Positions 1-15,200 of a stretch of DNA of 64,000 bases are shown piece after piece. Location of the stretch: contig OZ024741.1 in the NCBI GenBank assembly GCA_964016885.1, positions 4,588,001-4,652,000 of the forward strand, written 5' to 3'. This DNA comes from Eledone cirrhosa. Lineage: Eukaryota. Positions within the stretch are counted from its first letter, which is position 1. The number at the start of each line of letters is the position of its first letter. Position numbers and translations under genes: made by a program. A model generated the notes under the pieces. It had not been told where the DNA came from. It was given only the letters and a program-made list of their open reading frames with translations, and did no database searches.

Positions 1-1439
1 CTACCACTCTAAGACACCATACTACCAATCTAAGACACCATACTACCAATCTAAGATACTATACTACCAATCTAAGATACTATACTACCAATCTAAGATA
101 CTATACTACCAATCTAAGATACTATACTACCAATCTAAGACACTATACTACCAATCTAGGACAACACACTACCAATCTAAGACACAATACTACCGATCTA
201 AGACACCATACTACCAATCTAAGACACCATACTACCAATCTAAGACACCATACTACCAATCTAAGACACCATACTAACAATCTAAGACACCATACTACCA
301 ATCTAAGACACCATACTACCAATCTAAGACACTATACTACCAATCTAAGACGCGATACTACCAATCTAAGACACCATACTACCAATCTAAGATACTATAC
401 TACCAATCTAAGACACTATACTACCAATCTAGGACACCATACCAATCTAAGACACGATACTACCAATCTAAGACACGATACTACCAATCTAAGATACTAT
501 ACTACCAATCTAAGACACTATACTACCAATCTAAGACGCAATACTACCAATCTAAGACAACATACTACCAATCTAAGACACCATACTAGCAATCTAGGAC
601 ACTATCCTACCAATCTAAGTCACCATATAACCAATCTAAGACATCAAACTACCAATCTAAGACACCATACTACCAATCTAGGACACTATACTACCAATCT
701 AGGACACTATACTACCAATCTAAGACACGATACTACCAATCTAAGACACCATGCTACCAATCTAGGACACTATACTACCAATCTAAGACACTATACTACC
801 AATCTAAGACACTATACTACCAATCTAAGACACTATACTACCAATCTAAGACACGATACTACCAAGCTAAGACACCATACTACCAATCTAGGACACTATA
901 CTACCAATCTAAGACACCATACTACCACTCTAAGACACTATACTACCAATCTAAGACACTATACTACCAATCTAAGACACTATACTACCAATCTAAGACA
1001 CTATACTACCAATCTAAGACACTATACTACCAATCTAAGACACGATACTACCAATCCAAGACACCATACTACCAATCTAAGACACTATACTACCAATCCA
1101 AGACACTATACTACCAATCCAAGAAACCTTACTACCAATCTAAGACACCATACTACCAATCGAAAACACCATGCGACCAATCTTAGACACAATACTACCA
1201 ATCTAAGACACCATACTACCAATCTAGGACACTATACTACCAATCTAAGACTACATACTACCAATCTAAGACACGATACTACCAATCTAAGACACTATAC
1301 TACCAATCTAAGACACCATGCTACCAATCTAAGACACACTACTACCAATCTAAGACACTATACTACCAATCTAAGACACCATACTACCAATCTAAGACAC
1401 TATACTACCACTCTAAGACACCATACTACCAATCTAAGA

Positions 1440-4400
1440 CACGATACTACCACTCTAAGACTCCATACTACCAATCTAAGACACGATACTACCAATCTAA
1501 GATACTATACTACCAATCTAAGACACTATACTACCAATCTAAGACACTATACTACCAATCTAAGACACTATACTACCAATCTAAGACACTATACTACCAA
1601 TCTAAGACACCATACTACCAATCTAAGACATCATACTACCAATCTAAGACACTATACTACCAATCTAAGACAGAATACTACCAATCTAAGACACTATACT
1701 ACCAATCTAGGACACTATCCTACCAATCTAAGTCACCATATAACCAATCTAAGACATCAGACTACCAATCTAAGACACTATACTACCAATCTAAGACACT
1801 ATACTACCAATCTAAGACACTATACTACCAATCTAAGACACTATACTACCAATCTAAGACACTATACTACCAATCTAAGACACTATACTACCAATCTAAG
1901 ACACGATACTACCAAGCTAAGACACCATACTACCAATCTAGGACACTATGCTACCAATCTAAGACACGATACTACCAATCTAAGACACCATGCTACCAAT
2001 CTAGGACACTATACTACCAATCTAGGACACTATACTACCAATCTAAGACACAAAACTACCAATCTAAGACATGATACTACCAATCTAAGACACCATACTA
2101 CCAATCAAAGACACTATACTACCAATCTAAGACACTATACTACCAATCTAGGACACTATACTACCAATCTAAGACACGATACTACCAATCTAAGACACCA
2201 TACTACCAATCTAAGACACTATACTACCAATCTAGGACACCATACCAATCTAAGACACGATACTACCAATCTAAGACACGATACTACCAATCTAAGACAC
2301 TATACTACCAATCTAAGACACTATACTACCAATCTAAGACGCGATACTACCAATCTAAGACAACATACTACCAATCTAAGACACCATACTAGCAATCTAA
2401 GACACTATCCTACCAATCTAAGTCACCATATAACCAATCTAAGACATCAAACTACCAATCTAAGACACCAAACTACCAATCTAAGACACTATACTACCAA
2501 TCTAAGACACGATACTACCAATCTAAGACACCATGCTACCAATCTAGGACACTATACTACCAATCTAGGACACTATACTACCAATCTAAGACACTATACT
2601 ACCAATCTAAGACACTATACTACCAATCTAAGACACTATACTACCAATCTAAGACACGATACTACCAAGCTAAGACACCATACTACCAATCTAGGACACT
2701 ATACTACCAATCTAAGACACCATACTACCACTCTAAGACACTATACTACCAATCTAAGACACTATACTACCAATCTAAGACACTATACTACCAATCTAAG
2801 ACACTATACTACCAATCTAAGACACTATACTACCAATCTAAGACACGATACTATCACTCTAGGACACTATACTACCAATCCAAGACACCATACTACCAAT
2901 CTAAGACACTATACTACCAATCCAAGACACTATACTACCAATCCAAGACACTATACTACCAATCCAAGACACTATACTACCAATCCAAGACACCATACTA
3001 CCAATCTAAGACACCATACTACCAATCGAAAACACCATGCGACCAATCTTAGACACCATACTACCAATCTAAGACACCATACTACCAATCTAGGACACCA
3101 TACTACCAATCTAGGACACTATACTACCAATCTAAGACACCATGCTACCAATCTAAGACACACTACTACCAATCTAAGACACTATACTACCAATCTAAGA
3201 CACCATACTACCAATCTAAGACACTATACTACCACTCTAAGACACTACACTACCAATCTAAGACACTATACTACCACTCTAAGGCACCATACTACCAATC
3301 TAAGACATTATGCTACCAATCTAAGACACTATACTACCAATCTAAGACACAATACTACCAATCTAAGACACCATACTACCAATCTAAGACACCATACTAC
3401 CAATCTAAGACACCATACTACCAATCTAAGACACCATACTACCAATCTAAGACACCATACTACCAATCTAAGACACCATACTACCAATCTAAGACACTAT
3501 ACTACCAATCTAGGACACTATACTACCAATCTAGGACACTATACTACCAATCTAAGACATGATACTACCAATCTAAGACACCATACTACCAATCTAAGAC
3601 ACCATACTACCAATCAAAGACACTATACTACCAATCTAAGACACCATACTACCAATCTAAGACACGATACTACCAATCTAAGACACTATACTACCAATCT
3701 AAGACACCATGCTACCAATCTAAGACACACTACTACCAATCTAAGACACACTACTACCAATCTAAGACACTATACTACCAATCTAAGACACTATACTACC
3801 AATCTAGGATATTATGCTACCAATCTAAGACACCATACTACCAATCAAAGACACTATACTACCAATCTCAGACACTATACGACCAATCTAAGACACTATA
3901 CTACCAATCTAAGACACCATACTACCAATCTAGGACACTATACTACCAATCTAGGACACTATACTACCAATCTAAGACATGATACTACCAATCTAAGACA
4001 CCATACTACCAATCAAAGACACTATACTACCAATCTAAGACACTATACTACCAATCTAGGACACTATACTACCAATCTAAGACACGATACTACCAATCTA
4101 AGACACCATACTACCAACCTAGGACACTATACTATCAATCTAAGACAATACTACCAATCTAAGACACTATACTACCGATCTAAGACACTATACTACCAAT
4201 CTAAGACACTATACTACCAATCTAAGACACTATACTACCAATCTAAGACATGATACTACCAATCTAAGACACCATACTACCAATCAAAGACACTATACTA
4301 CCAATCTAAGACACCATTCTCCAAATCTAAGACACCATACTACCAATCTAAGACACGATACTACCACTCTAAGACTCCATACTACCAATCTAAGACACGA

Positions 4401-7400
4401 TACTACCAATCTAAGATACTATACTACCAATCTAAGACACTATACTACCAATCTAAGACACTATACTACCAATCTAAGACACTATACTACCAATCTAAGA
4501 CACTATACTACCAATCTAAGACACCATACTACCAATCTAAGACATCATACTACCAATCTAAGACACTATACTACCAATCTAAGACAGAATACTACCAATC
4601 TAAGACACTATACTACCAATCTAGGACACTATCCTACCAATCTAAGTCACCATATAACCAATCTAAGACATCAGACTACCAATCTAAGACACTATACTAC
4701 CAATCTAAGACACTATACTACCAATCTAAGACACTATACTACCAATCTAAGACACTATACTACCAATCTAAGACACTATACTACCATTCTAAGACACGAT
4801 ACTACCAAGCTAAGACACCATACTACCAATCTAGGACACTATACTACCAATCTAAGGCACGATACTACCAATCTAAGACACCATGCTACCAATCTAGGAC
4901 ACTATACTACCAATCTAGGACACTATACTACCAATCTAAGACACAAAACTACCAATCTAAGACATGATACTACCAATCTAAGACACCATACTACCAATCA
5001 AAGACACTATACTACCAATCTAAGACACTATACTACCAATCTAGGACACCATACCAATCTAAGACACGATACTACCAATCTAAGACACGATACTACCAAT
5101 CTAAGACACCATACTACCAATCTAAGACACTATACTACCAATCTAAGACACCATACTACCAATCAAAGACACTATACTACCAATCTAAGACACTATACTA
5201 CCAATCTAGGACACTATACTACCAATCTAAGACACGATACTACCAATCTAAGACACCATACTACCAACCTAGGACACTATACTATCAATCTAAGACAATA
5301 CTACCAATCTAAGACACTATACTACCGATCTAAGACACTATACTACCAATCTAAGACAAGACACTACCAATCTAAGACACCATTCTCCAAATCTAAGACA
5401 CCATACTACCAATCTAAGACACGATACTACCACTCTAAGACTCCATACTACCAATCTAAGACACGATACTACCAATCTAAGATACTATACTACCAATCTA
5501 AGACACTATACTACCAATCTAAGACACTATACTACCAATCTAAGACACTATACTACCAATCTAAGACACTATACTACCAATCTAAGACACCATACTACCA
5601 ATCTAAGACATCATACTACCAATCTAAGACACTATACTACCAATCTAAGACAGAATACTACCAATCTAAGACAGAATACTACCAATCTAAGACACTATAC
5701 TACCAATCTAGGACACTATCCTACCAATCTAAGTCACCATATAACCAATCTAAGACATCAGACTACCAATCTAAGACACTATACTACCAATCTAAGACAC
5801 TATACTACCAATCTAAGACACTATACTACCAATCTAAGACACTATACTACCAATCTAAGACACTATACTACCAATCTAAGACACGATACTACCAAGCTAA
5901 GACACCATACTACCAATCTAGGACACTATGCTACCAATCTAAGACACGATACTACCAATCTAAGACACCATGCTACCAATCTAGGACACTATACTACCAA
6001 TCTAGGACACTATACTACCAATCTAAGACACAAAACTACCAATCTAAGACACCATACTACCAATCAAAGACACTATACTACCAATCTAAGACACTATACT
6101 ACCAATCTAGGACACTATACTACCAATCTAAGACACGATACTACCAATCTAAGACACCATACTACCAATCTAAGACACTATACTACCAATCTAGGACACC
6201 ATACCAATCTAAGACACGATACTACCAATCTAAGACACGATACTACCAATCTAAGACACTATACTACCAATCTAAGACACTATACTACCAATCTAAGACG
6301 CGATACTACCAATCTAAGACAACATACTACCAATCTAAGACACCATACTAGCAATCTAAGACACTATCCTACCAATCTAAGTCACCATATAACCAATCTA
6401 AGACATCAAACTACCAATCTAAGACACCAAACTACCAATCTAAGACACTATACTACCAATCTAAGACACGATACTACCAATCTAAGACACCATGCTACCA
6501 ATCTAGGACACTATACTACCAATCTAGGACACTATACTACCAATCTAAGACACTATACTACCAATCTAAGACACTATACTACCAATCTAAGACACTATAC
6601 TACCAATCTAAGACACGATACTACCAAGCTAAGACACCATACTACCAATCTAGGACACTATACTACCAATCTAAGACACCATACTACCACTCTAAGACAC
6701 TATACTACCAATCTAAGACACTATACTACCAATCTAAGACACTATACTACCAATCTAAGACACTATACTACCAATCTAAGACACTATACTACCAATCTAA
6801 GACACGATACTATCACTCTAGGACACTATACTACCAATCCAAGACACCATACTACCAATCTAAGACACTATACTACCAATCCAAGACACTATACTACCAA
6901 TCCAAGACACTATACTACCAATCCAAGACACTATACTACCAATCCAAGACACCATACTACCAATCTAAGACACCATACTACCAATCGAAAACACCATGCG
7001 ACCAATCTTAGACACCATACTACCAATCTAAGACACCATACTACCAATCTAGGACACCATACTACCAATCTAGGACACTATACTACCAATCTAAGACACC
7101 ATGCTACCAATCTAAGACACACTACTACCAATCTAAGACACTATACTACCAATCTAAGACACCATACTACCAATCTAAGACACTATACTACCACTCTAAG
7201 ACACTACACTACCAATCTAAGACACTATACTACCACTCTAAGACACCATACTACCAATCTAAGACATTATGCTACCAATCTAAGACACTATACTACCAAT
7301 CTAAGACACAATACTACCAATCTAAGACACCATACTACCAATCTAAGACACCATACTACCAATCTAAGACACCATACTACCAATCTAAGACACCATACTA

Positions 7401-8990
7401 CCAATCTAAGACACCATACTACCAATCTAAGACACCATACTACCAATCTAAGACACTATACTACCAATCTAGGACACTATACTACCAATCTAGGACACTA
7501 TACTACCAATCTAAGACATGATACTACCAATCTAAGACACCATACTACCAATCTAAGACACCATACTACCAATCAAAGACACTATACTACCAATCTAAGA
7601 CACCATACTACCAATCTAAGACACGATACTACCAATCTAAGACACTATACTACCAATCTAAGACACCATGCTACCAATCTAAGACACACTACTACCAATC
7701 TAAGACACACTACTACCAATCTAAGACACTATACTACCAATCTAAGACACTATACTACCAATCTAGGATATTATGCTACCAATCTAAGACACCATACTAC
7801 CAATCAAAGACACTATACTACCAATCTCAGACACTATACGACCAATCTAAGACACTATACTACCAATCTAAGACACCATACTACCAATCTAGGACACTAT
7901 ACTACCAATCTAGGACACTATACTACCAATCTAAGACATGATACTACCAATCTAAGACACCATACTACCAATCAAAGACACTATACTACCAATCTAAGAC
8001 ACTATACTACCAATCTAGGACACTATACTACCAATCTAAGACACGATACTACCAATCTAAGACACCATACTACCAACCTAGGACACTATACTATCAATCT
8101 AAGACAATACTACCAATCTAAGACACTATACTACCGATCTAAGACACTATACTACCAATCTAAGACACTATACTACCAATCTAAGACACTATACTACCAA
8201 TCTAAGACATGATACTACCAATCTAAGACACCATACTACCAATCAAAGACACTATACTACCAATCTAAGACACCATTCTCCAAATCTAAGACACCATACT
8301 ACCAATCTAAGACACGATACTACCACTCTAAGACTCCATACTACCAATCTAAGACACGATACTACCAATCTAAGATACTATACTACCAATCTAAGACACT
8401 ATACTACCAATCTAAGACACTATACTACCAATCTAAGACAGAATACTACCAATCTAAGACACTATACTACCAATCTAGGACACTATCCTACCAATCTAAG
8501 TCACCATATAACCAATCTAAGACATCAGACTACCAATCTAAGACACTATACTACCAATCTAAGACACTATACTACCAATCTAAGACACTATACTACCAAT
8601 CTAAGACACTATACTACCAATCTAAGACACTATACTACCATTCTAAGACACGATACTACCAAGCTAAGACACCATACTACCAATCTAGGACACTATACTA
8701 CCAATCTAAGGCACGATACTACCAATCTAAGACACCATGCTACCAATCTAGGACACTATACTACCAATCTAGGACACTATACTACCAATCTAAGACACAA
8801 AACTACCAATCTAAGACATGATACTACCAATCTAAGACACCATACTACCAATCAAAGACACTATACTACCAATCTAAGACACTATACTACCAATCTAGGA
8901 CACCATACCAATCTAAGACACGATACTACCAATCTAAGACACGATACTACCAATCTAAGACACCATACTACCAATCTAAGACACTATACT
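1440..8990 (+). repeat. Higher-order tandem duplication of about 3.96 kb (about 189 monomers): approximately 1440-5140 and 5420-8990
   Basis: Rare variants recur at a constant 3959-bp offset: GACGCGA 2341/6300, ATACGACC 3881/7840, 19-bp unit 4143/8102. 3959 = 189x21 minus two 3-bp and two 2-bp deletions. Confidence 0.9.
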
Positions 8991-11900
8991 ACCAATCTAG
9001 GACACCATACCAATCTAAGACACGATACTACCAATCTAAGACACGATACTACCAATCTAAGATACTATACTACCAATCTAAGACACTATACTACCAATCT
9101 AAGACGCGATACTACCAATCTAAGACAACATACTACCAATCTAAGACACCATACTAGCAATCTAGGACACTATCCTACCAATCTAAGTCACCATATAACC
9201 AATCTAAGACATCAAACTACCAATCTAAGACATCAAACTACCAATCTAAGACATCAAACTACCAATCTAAGACACCATACTACCAATCTAGGACACTATA
9301 CTACCAATCTAAGACACGATACTACCAATCTAAGACACCATGCTACCAATCTAGGACACTATACTACCAATCTAGGACACTATACTACCAATCTAAGACA
9401 CTATACTACCAATCTAAGACACTATACTACCAATCTAAGACACTATACTACCAATCTAAGACACGATACTACCAATCTAAGACACCATGCTACCAATCTA
9501 GGACACTATACTACCAATCTAGGACACTATACTACCAATCTAAGACACAAAACTACCAATCTAAGACATGATACTACCAATCTAAGACACCATACTACCA
9601 ATCAAAGACACTATACTACCAATCTAAGACACTATACTACCAATCTAGGACACTATACTACCAATCTAAGACACGATACTACCAATCTAAGACACCATAC
9701 TACCAATCTAAGACACTATACTACCAATCTAAGACACTATACTACCAATCTAAGACACTATACTACCACTCTAAGACACTACACTACCAATCTAAGACAC
9801 TATACTACCACTCTAAGACACCATACTACCAATCTAAGACATTATGCTACCAATCTAAGACACTATACTACCAATCTAAGACACAATACTACCAATCTAA
9901 GACACCATACTACCAATCTAAGACACCATACTACCAATCTAAGACACGATACTACCAATCTAAGACACCATACTACCAATCTAAGACACTATACTACCAA
10001 TCTAGGACACTATACTACCAATCTAGGACACTATACTACCAATCTAGGACACTATACTACCAATCTAAGACATGATACTACCAATCAAAGACACCATACT
10101 ACCAATCAAAGACACTATACTACCAATCTAAGACACCATACTACCAATCTAAGACACGATACTACCAATCTAAGACACTATACTACCAATCTAAGACACC
10201 ATGCTACCAATCTAAGACACACTACTACCAATCTAAGACACACTACTACCAATCTAAGACACACTACTACCAATCTAAGACACTATACTACCAATCTAGG
10301 ATATTATGCTACCAATCTAAGACACCATACTACCAATCAAAGACACTATACTACCAATCTCAGACACTATACTACCAATCTAAGACACTATACTACCAAT
10401 CTAAGACACGATACTACCAATCTAAGACACGATACTACCAATCTAAGACACCATACTACCAATCTAGGACACTATACTACCAATCTAGGACACTATACTA
10501 CCAATCTAAGACATGATACTACCAATCTAAGACACCATACTACAAATCTAAGACACGATACTACCAATCTAAGACACTATACTACCAATCTAAGACACCA
10601 TGCTACCAATCTAAGACACACTACTACCAATCTAAGACACACTACTACCAATCTAAGACACACTACTACCAATCTAAGACACTATACTACCAATCTAGGA
10701 TATTATGCTACCAATCTAAGACACCATACTACCAATCAAAGACACTATACTACCAATCTCAGACACTATACTACCAATCTAAGACACTATACTACCAATC
10801 TAAGACACGATACTACCAATCTAAGACACGATACTACCAATCTAAGACACCATACTACCAATCTAGGACACTATACTACCAATCTAAGACACGATACTAC
10901 CAATCTAAGACACGATACTACCAATCTAAGACACCATACTACCAATCTAGGACACTATACTATCAATCTAAGACAATACTACCAATCTAAGACACTATAC
11001 TACCGATCTAAGACACTATACTACCAATCTAAGACAAGACACTACCAATCTAAGACACCATTCTCCAAATCTAAGACACCATACTACCAATCTAAGACAC
11101 GATACTACCAATCTAAGACACGATACTACCAATCTAAGACACGATACTACCAATCTAAGACACGATACTACCACTCTAAGACACCATACTACCAATCTAA
11201 GACACGATACTACCAATCTAAGATACTATACTACCAATCTAAGACACTATACTACCAATCTAAGACACTATACTACCAATCTAAGACACTATACTACCAA
11301 TCTAAGACACTATACTACCAATCTAAGACACTATACTACCAATCTAAGACACCATACTACCAATCTAAGACATCATACTACCAATCTAAGACACTATACT
11401 ACCAATCTAAGACACTATACTACCAATCTAAGACACTATACTACCAATCTAAGACACTATACTACCAATCTAAGACACTATACTACCAATCTAAGACACT
11501 ATACTACCAATCTAAGACACTATACTACCAATCTAAGACACTATACTACCAATCTAAGACACGATACTACCAAGCTAAGACACCATACTACCAATCTAGG
11601 ACACTATACTACCAAACTAATACACGATACTACCAATCTAAGACACCATGCTACCAATCTAGGACACTATACTACCAATCTAGGACACTATAATACCAAT
11701 CTAAGACACTATACTACCAATCGAAGACACCATACTACCAATCTAAGACATTATACTACCAATCTAAGACACCATGCTACCAATCTAGGACACTATACTA
11801 CCAATCTAAGACACTATACTACCAAGCGAAGACACCATACTACCAATCTAAGACATTATACTACCAATCTAAGACACCATGCTACCAATCTAGGACACCA

Positions 11901-13249
11901 TGCTACCAATCTAGGACACCATTCTACCAATCTGGGACACTATACTACCAATCTAAGACACTATACTACCAATCTAAGACACTATACTACCAATCTAAGC
12001 CACTATACTACCAATCGAAGACACCATACTACAAATCTAAGACATTATACTACCAATCTAAGACACCATGCTACCAATCTAGGACACCATGCTACCAATC
12101 TAGGACACTATACTACCAATCTAAGACACTATACTACCAATCTAAGACACCATACTACCAATCTAAGACACCATACTACCAATCTAGGACACTATACTAC
12201 CAATCTAAGACTCCATACTACCAATCTAAGACACGATACTACCAATCTAAGACACTATACTACCAATATAAGACACCATGCTACCAATCTAAGACACACT
12301 ACTACCAATCTAAGACACTATACTACCAATCTAAGACACCATACTACCAATCTAGGATACTATGCTACCAATCTAAGACACCATACTACCAATCAAAGAC
12401 ACTATCCTACCAATCTAAGACACTATACTACCAATCTAAGACACGATACTACCAATCTAAGACAGCATACTACCAATCAAAGACAGCATACTACCAATCA
12501 AAGACACCATACTACCAATCTAAGACACCATACTACCAATCTAAGACACCATACTACCAATCTAAGACACTATACTACCAATCTAAGACACCATGCTACC
12601 AATCTAAGACACACTTATACCAATCTAAGACACTATACTACCAATCTAAGACACTATACTACCAATCTAGGATACTATGCTACCAATCTAAGACACTATA
12701 CTACCAATCTAAGACGCTATACTACCAATCTAAGTCACTATACTACCAATCTAAGACACTATACTACCAATCTTTGACACGATACTACCAATCTAAGACA
12801 CCATACTACCAATCTAAGACACCATACTACCAATCTAGGACACTATACTACCAATCTAGGACACTATACTACCAATCTAAGACATGATACTACCAATCTA
12901 AGACACCATACTACCAATCAAAGACACTATACTACCAATCTAAGACACTATACTACCAATCTAGGACACTATACTACCAATCTAAGACACGATACTACCA
13001 ATCTAAGACACGATACTACCAATCTAAGACACTATACTACCAATCTAAGACACTATACTACCACTCTAAGACACTACACTACCAATCTAAGACACTATAC
13101 TACCACTCTAAGACACCATACTACCAATCTAAGACACTATACTACCAATCTAAGAACGATACTACCAAGCTAAGACACCATACTACCAATCTCGGACACT
13201 ATACTACCAATCTAAAACACGATACTACCAATCTAAGACACGATACTAC

Positions 13250-15200
13250 CAATCTAAGACACCATGCTACCAATCTAGGACACTATACTACCAATCTAGG
13301 ACACTATAATACCAATCTAAGACACTATACTACCAATCGAAGACACCATACTACCAATCGAAGACACCATACTACCAATCGAAGACACCATACTACCAAT
13401 CTAAGACACCATGCTACCAATCTAGGACACTATACTACCAATCTAAGACACTATACTACCAATCTAAGACACTATACTACCAATCTAAGACACTATACTA
13501 CCAATCTAAGACACTATACTACCAATCGAAGACACCATACTACCAATCTAAGACATTATACTACCAATCTAAGACACCATGCTACCAATCTAGGACACTA
13601 TACTACCAATCTAAGACACTATACTACCAATCTAAGACACTATACTACCAATCTAAGACACTATACTACCAATCTAAGACACTATACTACCAATCTAAGA
13701 CACTATACTACCAATCTAAGACACTATACTACCAATCTAAGACACGATACTACCAAGCTAAGACACCATACTACCAATCTAAGACACCATACTACCACTC
13801 TAAGACACTATACTACCAATCTAAGACATCATACTACCAATCTAGGACACTATACTATCAATCTAAGACAATACTACCAATCTAAGACACTATACTACCG
13901 ATCTAAGACACTATACTACCAATCTAAGACAAGACACTACCAATCTAAGACACCATTCTCCCAATCTAAGACACGATGCTACCAATCTAAGACACCATAC
14001 TACCACTCTAAGACACCATACTACCAATCTAAGACACGATACTACCAATCTAAGACACCATACTACCAATCTAAGACATGATACTACCACTCTAAGACAC
14101 CATACTACCAATCTAAGACACTATACTACCAATCTAAGATACTATACTACCAATCTAAGACACTATACTACCAATCTAAGACACCATACTACCAATCTAA
14201 GACACCATACTACCAATCTAAGACACCATGCTACCAATCTAGGACACTATACTACCAATCTAGGACACTATAATACCAATCTAAGACACTATACTACCAA
14301 TCGAAGACACCATACTACCAATCGAAGACACCATACTACCAATCGAAGACACCATACTACCAATCTAAGACACCATGCTACCAATCTAGGACACTATACT
14401 ACCAATCTAAGACACTATACTACCAATCTAAGACACTATACTACCAATCTAAGACACTATACTACCAATCGAAGACACCATACTACCAATCTAAGACATT
14501 ATACTACCAATCTAAGACACCATGCTACCAATCTAGGACACTATACTACCAATCTAAGACACTATACTACCAATCTAAGACACTATACTACCAATCTAAG
14601 ACACTATACTACCAATCTAAGACACTATACTACCAATCTAAGACACTATACTACCAATCTAAGACACTATACTACCAATCTAAGACACTATACTACCAAT
14701 CTAAGACACGATACTACCAAGCTAAGACACCATACTACCAATCTAAGACACCATACTACCACTCTAAGACACTATACTACCAATCTAAGACATCATACTA
14801 CCAATCTAGGACACTATACTATCAATCTAAGACAATACTACCAATCTAAGACACTATACTACCGATCTAAGACACTATACTACCAATCTAAGACAAGACA
14901 CTACCAATCTAAGACACCATTCTCCCAATCTAAGACACGATGCTACCAATCTAAGACACCATACTACCACTCTAAGACACCATACTACCAATCTAAGACA
15001 CGATACTACCAATCTAAGACACCATACTACCAATCTAAGACACGATACTACCAATCTAAGACACGATACTACCAATCTAAGACACGATACTACCAATCTA
15101 AGACACGATACTACCAATCTAAGACATGATACTACCACTCTAAGACACCATACTACCAATCTAAGACACTATACTACCAATCTAAGATACTATACTACCA
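13250..15200 (+). repeat. Tandem duplication of about 46 monomers (offset about 964 bp)
   Basis: The same variant string, including CCATTCTCCC and ACGATGCT, occurs twice. The - strand pseudo-ORFs end at 13911 and 14875, 964 bp apart (46x21-2). Confidence 0.85.
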
